Positions 53,561-64,000 of a stretch of DNA of 64,000 nt are shown piece after piece. How positions within the stretch are numbered: position 1 is the stretch's first letter; every line of letters begins with the position of its first letter. Source of the DNA: Azolla caroliniana (Eukaryota > Plantae > Polypodiophyta); the NCBI GenBank assembly GCA_043228905.1, contig JBHGNT010000011.1, positions 18,910,001-18,974,000 on the forward strand. The letters are read 5' to 3'. Made by a program: the position numbers and the translations under genes. A model generated the notes under the pieces. That model ran no database searches. It was not told the DNA's origin and was given only the letters and a program-made list of their open reading frames with translations.

Positions 53561-54770
53561 GTCATCATCACTGGTTGAAGAGCACCTCATCATTTCATAG
53601 AGAAGTAGAATAACCTAATCTTTATATAAGTTTGATCCTTAAATTTGCACACTTCATGCTACTCATAAGTTTAAATCTTCTAAGTGGTCTGTGAGGAGGC
53701 ATCCTTCCTTTCCTCTAAGATTGATTCCAAACTCATCTGAGAGCCCATTTTGTGTTCTTACGCCCATATCATACTTGCTTAGTTAAAATGAATACAAGGC
53801 AAATAAAACACAGAGAGAAATTTTGGTGTTCTTTGGATTTTTGCTTACTTAATTTGCTACGTATTCTAATTAAGTGTGGAAACCTTGTTTTACATAAGTC
53901 TGAATATATGCATAATTGAATATGCTATAGTGCGCAAATGTGTGGAAGTTTTTTCTTGGGAAACCTTAATTATTTCTCAATAATCCCAAAAGTTTACAAC
54001 TCTTTGGTCTTCTTACCATCATCATGCTCATTTGATTCAACATCATTAAGCTCAAGTTGAGAAAAGTAGTGGGTTATTGAAGCATCCAATGTTCTATAGC
54101 ACCTTAGCAAGGATGGCATATATATTATATCACAACTACATTGACAATGTTAACAATTGATGGTGTGTAGGTTTTGCAATGACGGTGACAAATCTAGAGA
54201 CTTCATGTATTCTTGATCCTTAAACTTCATTATTAGCCAAGCACCTTGATGTTAATCCACAACACAATAAAGAATTGAGCACATCCTATGAACCTTGACT
54301 TGATGAATTAAGATATGTAAACCAAGAAAACATCGCACATCAAATGTAGAGGGTTGGCTAGATCTTGTTGAGGTGTGGATTAGGGGTTCAAGCAACAGTA
54401 TTGAATAGAAAGTCAACTTGTAAGTTCAAAGTATTTCATATACAACCAATCTTAAAACAAGTAACAAAAGACAAGGGACTCTAAAGAAATGGAGATGTAA
54501 ACATGCCAACCTATATAAGTCATGAGGATGAAGGCTAACAAAGGCATACCATCCTTGACTTGCAAAGGAGTTGCATGTGAGAGTTTCCCCTTGAGGGGAT
54601 GTACATATTGGCATTACAAAAGTCTTATTGAGTAAATTTCATGATGCAAATCTCTCTCATTTAATATTAATTATATGCTTGCCCTCATAACAGTATATCT
54701 CACCTAATAATAAGCTTGCAAGATCATCTCATCTGAATCTGACATGCTACACTTGCAATGGTGGTTTTGG

Positions 54771-55168
54771 AGCTTTGGAATTTATACTAAGCCATGTTAT
54801 CATGACGGACAAATAATAGTGCAAACAAAACCGACTTGGCAAGTATGCTTTCTCTTCTTGAACCCAATAAACACCAATTCTGCTATAGATTGTCACAAAT
54901 TATGTAATATTAATTCTTAAGCATAGTACATCATTTGATTTAACAAGAGGATCACCTGAAAATGAATGCAGCTTTGGAATTTATACTAAGCCATGTTATC
55001 ATGACGGACAAATAATAGTGCAAACAAAACCGACTTGGCAAGTATGCTTTCTCTTCTTGAACCCAATAAACACCAATTCTGCTATAGATTGTCACAAATT
55101 ATGTAATATTAATTCTTAAGCATAGTACATCATTTGATTTAACAAGAGGATCACCTGAAAATGAATGC
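54771..55168. repeat. Apparently perfect 199-bp tandem duplication downstream of the PSA2 stop
   Basis: 54771-54969 and 54970-55168 are identical by eye. Confidence 0.95.
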
Positions 55169-55363
55169 TCATAATCATCTTGCCAGTGTAGAAAATGCTT
55201 GTAGCTGCTATAGCTGTAATACAATCATTTTTACAAAAATTTATTTGATTTTTTTTTTCCACTTTTTCTTATCTTACTACAAAATTTGAATACATGAATA
55301 CATTTTTCAGTATTCTCTCTTGCAAAGACTAATTTATAAACATTTTTCCCTTTTCCTTTTGTT

Positions 55364-57269
<1,906 letters not shown>

Positions 57270-57289
57270 GGCTCACTCTTTGTCACACA

Positions 57290-57432
57290 CTCCCTCCCTC
57301 TCTCTCTCTCTCTCTCTGCTCTCAGACTTCGTCCGACAACCACACAAAAATCATCGTATAAGCTACTAATGAATGAATGAATGAATGAAAGTGAAGTTGC
57401 CCACATGAAGGAAGGAAGGAAGGAAGGAAGGA
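57290..57432. repeat. Microsatellites (CT)n, (ATGA)n and (GGAA)n in the PSA2 5' region
   Basis: Direct inspection. Confidence 0.9.
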
Positions 57433-58139
57433 ACCCAGCCACACAGAAATTGGTGGCCTAATGGGCAGTCTAGTGTCCGCCCCGATCCGGCCGCCCGTCT
57501 GACCGCCCATTTTGTCTCGGTCCAGCCTCCTCAAGGCCAGTCCCGTCCGGCCGCCCATCTGACCTGACCGCCCGCTTTCGCTCGATCCATCCTTCCTCAA
57601 GGGGCATCTTTGATCGTGTGAACACACCTCTTACCTCACATTAGAAACGACACTTCTTTTTTGGTTATCTATTCCGCATATTCATTCATCATTTTCGTAT
57701 CCTAGTCTCCTTTCCTAAATCATCGCCTTGGTATAAACCTCATCAACCCTCCTACCTTCATGGATCGTGATCGACAATGCCACTTGAATTAGTGAGGGAT
57801 TATGGAATTAGCATACTATTACACATGCACTCTACACCATTAGGAAACTTTTCTAAATAAAATTTCATGCCAAATATATATTTCTACATCAAAGGTACCT
57901 CAAGATTTATGTAGATGCTACAGAAACCGTATCATATGATCTATATTAGAACCATCTTCGTGAGACAATCTTAAAACACCTAGGGTCATTGAGTTTGGAG
58001 TTTTGGTGTGTGTTATAAAGCAACCACACAAGTTACCTCATTGTATCCTCTTTCCTTTTAATTAAGAAAGAACCATTTGGGAAATATTCAAAATGCCTAA
58101 AAGGTAATTATTGATTGAACTAATTATAAGCAAAAGAAT

Positions 58140-58500
58140 AACTTGAGATTAACGAGAATAATGGATAAAGGGTGTCTAACCACACCAACCACCCTCGAGT
58201 GAAAGACATGAGGCAAAAAACATAAAATACCATCGGCACCCCACACCATCGAATATTAACTTATGATATACCTTGGTAGGGGAATAATGGGTCCAAAGAA
58301 AAGAGCTTAGCCTCACAAAGAGAATCTTGACAACATTTCTAGATGTCGTAATGACGGGGGGTTCGTTATCCCATTTATATAGCCCAACACCTAAGGTTCC
58401 TAAACCACCATGTATCCTCATGTGTTATAGGCCCTGTTCCTAAATTATTTGGTTTCCCAACTATCATGCCCTTAACTTATTAGAATTAGCTTAACCCCCT
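58140..58500. mobile_element. Dispersed repeat (solo-LTR/TRIM/MITE-like), copy 2
   Basis: Colinear with ~23530-23860. Confidence 0.6.
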
Positions 58501-61199
58501 ATGTCATATGTCCTTATGGATTTTTGTCCCATTCATAACGAAGCCAATGCTGAATTTCAAAATACACATATCCAAAAGAGTGTGTGTTCACACATAACGT
58601 GTATGGTTGAGCTTGTTATCTCAACATGCCTCTCCAAGCTGAATTGTGTTGTAATGTCAAGTGGAAAAACAAGTTTGGTTTTCCTTCACTCTCCCATCAA
58701 CCTCTCAAAACACTTCAATGAACATAATAACTACATGATTAATCAATTCATATATGATAGAATATTCATCTCTCACCACTATTCTCCCTTAGCCATAATA
58801 AACATTGATGTGCTTCATTCACATATAAAACACCAACTTTCGCACCAATTGGATGTCATTGAGATTGTCATAATGGATTCTCATTGGTGTATATAAACCA
58901 TTTATATTGTCTTCCAATCTCATGGTCTCCTCACAATTTTGAGCAAATGACCCACATTTCTTTCGTAATTTAGGAATTTGTGCAAATTTTGGCCATATAA
59001 TCACTTATCAAATGATCCGTGAATTTAATGTGACTTGTTCTATCCTCAATGTCACTTCTATGATGGAGGTCACAAGTTTAGAGGATGTCATCTCTAACCA
59101 TTTCAACCTCTTGCTTGAGTGAGAAAAATTGATTGACAGAACACCATTTATCCCCGTGACAATCAAAGATCTTCAAGAAGTTCCCTTTAATGCATGCCAA
59201 GTCATTTGCAAATTCCTTATGTAAAGTATGAGACCATTTTCTAACATAGTCATCCAAGGTTAATGCAAATGCAACCATTATGATACTTGTCAGTGGTTCA
59301 TAAACCCCGAGTATTGTAAACATTTCTATATGGTCATGTGCATCTCCTTAGCCAAATAAATGGGGTTGATTTTATTTTTTGGGGGCATGTAGTCATGGAC
59401 ATTTATGAAACATTTGTTTTGAGGTGTAGTGGCTATATTTTGTTGTATTTGTTGTCCTTGAGCAATTGTGACCACACATGGATACATGGCTTGACAAAGG
59501 ATGACAACGTTTGGATTACATTGTGAACTCCCAATGGTGATACTCCTTGTCGTAATGGTAATGGTTTAAGTTCTTGATTTCTATGTTGGTATACGTCATT
59601 CCTCGAGGCCTTACCCCTCTCCTTTGCTCATGTCTAATTCGTACCATTTAAGTTGTGAATCCTCATTTATTGTTATATAATAGGGTTACATGTTTTTATT
59701 TGTTGATATTTGTCTCTCGTGTGGCCTATATACAAATCATTTTATTGCATTAAACTCAACCACGAACTTTGTATATTCAAGCATCCTAGTTTGCTTGTTA
59801 TTTTTCTAACATTATTATTTGTGAAACTACAGCCCTAGGTTGAATTAGGGGATTTTAGTTGTTGGTGCTACTGGCCCATTTGTTGAAGTCAAATACCCTA
59901 GTTTTGTTTGTATTATTTTCGTTGTCTGTCCTAAGAAAGTCATCCACTAATTCTACATGTATGTGCGTCTTCAATATCATTCGTGATGGATATGTTTTAT
60001 ACCTTTTTTTAATCATCCTTAGGCCTTTCCTTAATCGTCTTTAACACCTAATATGTCCTTAGAAATTTTTCCTTAAAATTTCTTTTCTTCCATAGAAAAA
60101 AGATGCACCATTAATACATATTAAGAAAGACCTAGGTTGTACATGAAATATGTACATACAACTAATTACCCCCCTTTTTTTTATCAAGGTTAAGTTCTAG
60201 CTATTGACTTAAATATAAATACTTCGATGTAGAGTATAATCACTTCACCATGTCAAAAAACCGCTTATAACATATACCCTTGCCCGATATGGCCTAAAAA
60301 TAGGGAGTCCAATGGCCACCTAACTTTTAACAAAAAAATAGTGGATTAACTAAGAAAAAAATAATGATAGTTAATCACAATACATGCAAAATTAAAACAA
60401 ATACCTCACTAAAATAACTAAAAACGAATAAAAAAATGAGGGGTAGGGGGGAAATGCTTCTTCCCTTTAAGTGTTTATTGCCTTTAGGATCTTACGAAAT
60501 GCTTAATTGATCACTTGTAAGCATTGTCGACGATGGCACCAAATGTTGTTTATCCAATAGGATGAGGTAACAATTACCTTTTTAAAATAAAAGTCAAGAT
60601 TCACCATGGTATTAAGTAACAATTACCTTTATCTTAGATATTTGAGGAGACATGCACCTTTTGTAGACAAATAGTGGGCGTCAATTTATCCTCATGCATA
60701 CTTATTATCCACCTAGTTTCCATTGGCAAACTCTCTTAATTACTCTTACTCTTACTCTAAAACGAAGGTTCTTAAATAATAATAGACTTAAGTTAAGCAC
60801 TTAATCATATATTAATATAATTTTTAAAAAAAATATAAGGATATCACAAAAAAACTTACTAACCAAATCTTGCATTGCTTGAACACAAATATACACACAT
60901 CAAATCAAGCTTAGAATGTATTACAATAAGAGGCTCGGAGAGATTGAGGCAGGCTAAGGAGAGAGATTAAGCACATAGGAGGCTTAGGGGACTCTAGCTT
61001 AAGGAGAGAGGGTTAACCGTTAGGGGACTTGAGAAGAAGTTTAAAAGCTTATATTTCTTTTCCATTTCTGTTATTTACAACTTTGTCCTTTTTTAATGGC
61101 TGCTTTCAAACACATTATATTCTCCCAAGGTTTTTCTAGAGGGTTGCATAGTCAAGAAAGGTTCTTTGTTGCTCTTTGGTGCTTTGTGCTTGGCCAAAG

Positions 61200-61650
61200 C
61201 ATAATAGTGGAATGAGTGAAAACCAATTGAAGTTGGGAAAGTTGGCGATTGGAATGTGTGCCTAATTCAACTTGTGGGACTCTTCTAGGATACACATGTT
61301 ATTTCATAAACTAGATTGATTTCTAAAAGCTCTTCCTAAGAAGCTTGTAGTTTCTTTTTTCTCATTTTCCTATAGATGTAAACCACATGAACCATATGTT
61401 ATTGGAGTCACGGATTTGATGGAACTTTTTCATCAAGTAGAATATAATGGTGGTTGATTTTTATTAACGTCGAAAAATATAGTTCTAAAAATTTCCAGCC
61501 ATCACAATGGATGAATACTAAATCTAGTAATTGACGTTTGGGCTACAATTTGCTAAAGTAATAAGCAATGAGCATCCTTTATTTGTTTAAATGAAGAAGG
61601 TACATGGAGGATGAATGAATAAACCTTTGCCATGTGGTTCTCTTGATGTT
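61200..61650 (+). mobile_element. Possible L1 endonuclease-domain relic
   Basis: VGDWNV followed by KLD*F, resembling the GDFN and RLDRF motifs of the APE endonuclease. Very decayed. Confidence 0.3.
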
Positions 61651-64000
61651 CAAGGAACAATCATGAGTGAGTATGAAGTAGACACTGGAAAGTAGAATCT
61701 ATTCAATATGTGAATATTTTCTCCTAAAACTACAATCTCTAGTAAATGTAATAGAATAAATAACCTAGAGTCCTCGTTTGACCTTAATATCTCAAGTACA
61801 TTTTCCAACCCCTTATGTATAATATCTTCATAACCAAGTATCTTCTTATCATGCTCAATATCAATCTTCATATCAATTGCAAATAAGTTTTCAACTCAAT
61901 TTTACATCCCCCCCATCTAGGACACCCCCTTTTCCCATGATATTTTTGAACATATCACTACAATGGCGATGTTGTAAATAATCGTGATGTGACATATGTG
62001 GAGTGTGTATCATCACTATGTGAGTCTTCTAGGGTTAAGCATGAGCAAATGTTGGAGGTAAGGAAGGATACGCAGTTTCCCAAGTGTAAAAGTATATCTT
62101 GGATACCTTTTCTTATAGTAAACTTGTAATGAACTCGATACTATGGTGCAAGAAACAATGTAATGATGACAACCTAGCGATATAATGTTTCAAATAACAA
62201 GAAATAAGAGCATGGAGAATTGTTCTACATGTTATGGATCCGTAAATTTAGGAGGGAAACAACATAAGGATGAGACCTAGATATCCATGCACTGGAATCT
62301 TATAGTATTGTGATGTTCCTCAAACATATGGTACCCATTCATTATTATACTTGTACATTATTTTTTACATATGATTTATAACAAAATGTTAAAAATTAGA
62401 TTGTAGCAGAATAGTGCCAATCAAAATTTAAAATAATATTGTTATGGAAGTCATTACTAAAGAAGAACAAAACACATCATCATGTAGTTTGTGATTACAC
62501 TAAAGTTAGAAGCATCAGTAAAGAAAATCGAGAGGTGTTATCACATAGTTGTAGTTGGAAAACTCAATATGGGTTAGTAAAAATTCAATAAATGATAATG
62601 CTACAATTGAATGTCCAAATCATTATGTTCAAAGGTATACAACATAATATGAATGTTGTAACATGTCACAATATTATTTTTTCCTTTTCATTCATAGGGC
62701 TCTCCACTAAACCAAATGATCGAACATTTTAAAGAAATATGTTGACAATGAATGCCTATACTATAAAATCCATTGATATTTTGTATCATAGAAACCTCCC
62801 ATGGCACCACACCAGCTTGTTGCCAAGGGTATATATTTACAACTCATTTAAAATTTGTGATACTATTTAAATTAGATCTTTGTTGTAAGAAAATTCAGTT
62901 ACATTGTTGGTTTAGTGTTGTCTTGTGGAAAAGAAATGATTGGTAGTAAAATGAATAGAGAAACTATGGAAAATGGTAATCATAAGGTAATGTTGGTTGA
63001 CTCGACATAGGTATTAGAACATGGCAATAGATCACGGAATGAAAACAAAAGGTTCTAGTGAACATGAGAGGGAAGACTACTTTGAACTTATACCTATGAA
63101 AAATCCAATTTTAGATATGTCTTCTTGTGCATACCTAAATGTTGGAATAAAGATACACGTATCTACAGTTGAGGGTTCTCCTCCATAGAGAAAAAATTGT
63201 AGTATTTATAGATTAGAGAGAAGAACACAATGCATGAGCGATGAGAGTACTAGTGAAAAATGGGAAACCCCAATGAGAGGTGAATAAGAAATTGGATGAT
63301 AGTATTGAAAAGAGCATGGGGAGAGTCACGAAGGATCGACAAGAAATAGAAGAAAAATGGGAGAACATAGATTAATGACGCGGAAAACCCCCTTTTAATC
63401 TCTTACATAATAGCATGGAATATGCTTTTATCCTAAAAGTAAGTATATGCTAAATTTTTCGAAAAATTTAAAGAATATCAAAATAGATTATGCAATCCAA
63501 GCACAATCAACATGGCCTCACAACCACATGATGTGCTTGGTGTCCATGACATAACCTTAAGGTGGTCTTCTCTAATAGATGTATGTTTTTTTCCTACATA
63601 CCTGTATCTATCCATTAGCTTTATATTTATGTTGCCAAAGCTAGCAATGACACATTTTGCAGATGTCTACCTAATTTTTGATCAGGTGTTGTAGGAATAT
63701 GACTATATTAAGTTGTAGCTTCAAACACTCTAAGATGTCCAAGTACTTAGACCAAGTTCCTTGTGCGGGAATCTCTTTTGAAGATAACATGTGGCTGAAA
63801 TTGCATCTTACCAATTTTGATTATTTAAGACATCTATTTGTAGCATACTTTGGCCAATATCTTATAATATGGTTCTGTTATTGCGCTCAACGACTCCATT
63901 TTGTTGAGGATTATGAGAGATTGCGTGTTCTTGTCAAATCCCATGTGCATTAGAAAATGAATTTCCATTCTCATGAACAATACTTTCCACCATCATTTGG

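Noticed and set aside
57322-57627. 101-aa Gly/Arg-rich ORF upstream of PSA2
   Set aside because: Produced by the GC-rich promoter duplication and (TTCC)n/(TTCA)n repeats, with a non-ATG start.
58500-59600. Possible DNA-transposon (MULE-like) transposase relic; similar hints at ~19800-20330 and ~1000-2500
   Set aside because: I could not recover diagnostic motifs by eye; it needs a TBLASTN/RepeatMasker search.

Overview
AT-rich, intron-containing land-plant nuclear DNA. The PPR, LINE and plastid-fragment style suggests a fern or other seed-free plant; this is an inference. I reconstructed seven protein-coding genes by hand from GT-AG junctions and reading frame: an NPY/MAB4-clade BTB-NPH3 gene (-), an intronless NAC transcription factor (+), an intronless PLS-class PPR (+), a plastid solanesyl diphosphate synthase (+), an F-box protein with an animal FBXO2/6/44-type FBA domain (-), a P0-type G6PD4 (-) and the thylakoid zinc-finger protein PSA2 (-). 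Intergenic DNA holds many 5'-truncated LINE relics (one with an 18-bp TSD and an adjacent empty-site copy, one with a twin-priming-like inversion), a plastid ycf2 fragment joined to a LINE through a telomere-repeat seed, tandem duplications and microsatellites. The most unusual item is the FBXO6/44-like F-box gene, whose glycan-binding YW loop appears replaced by KKK. All homology calls come from recalled motifs, not from database searches.
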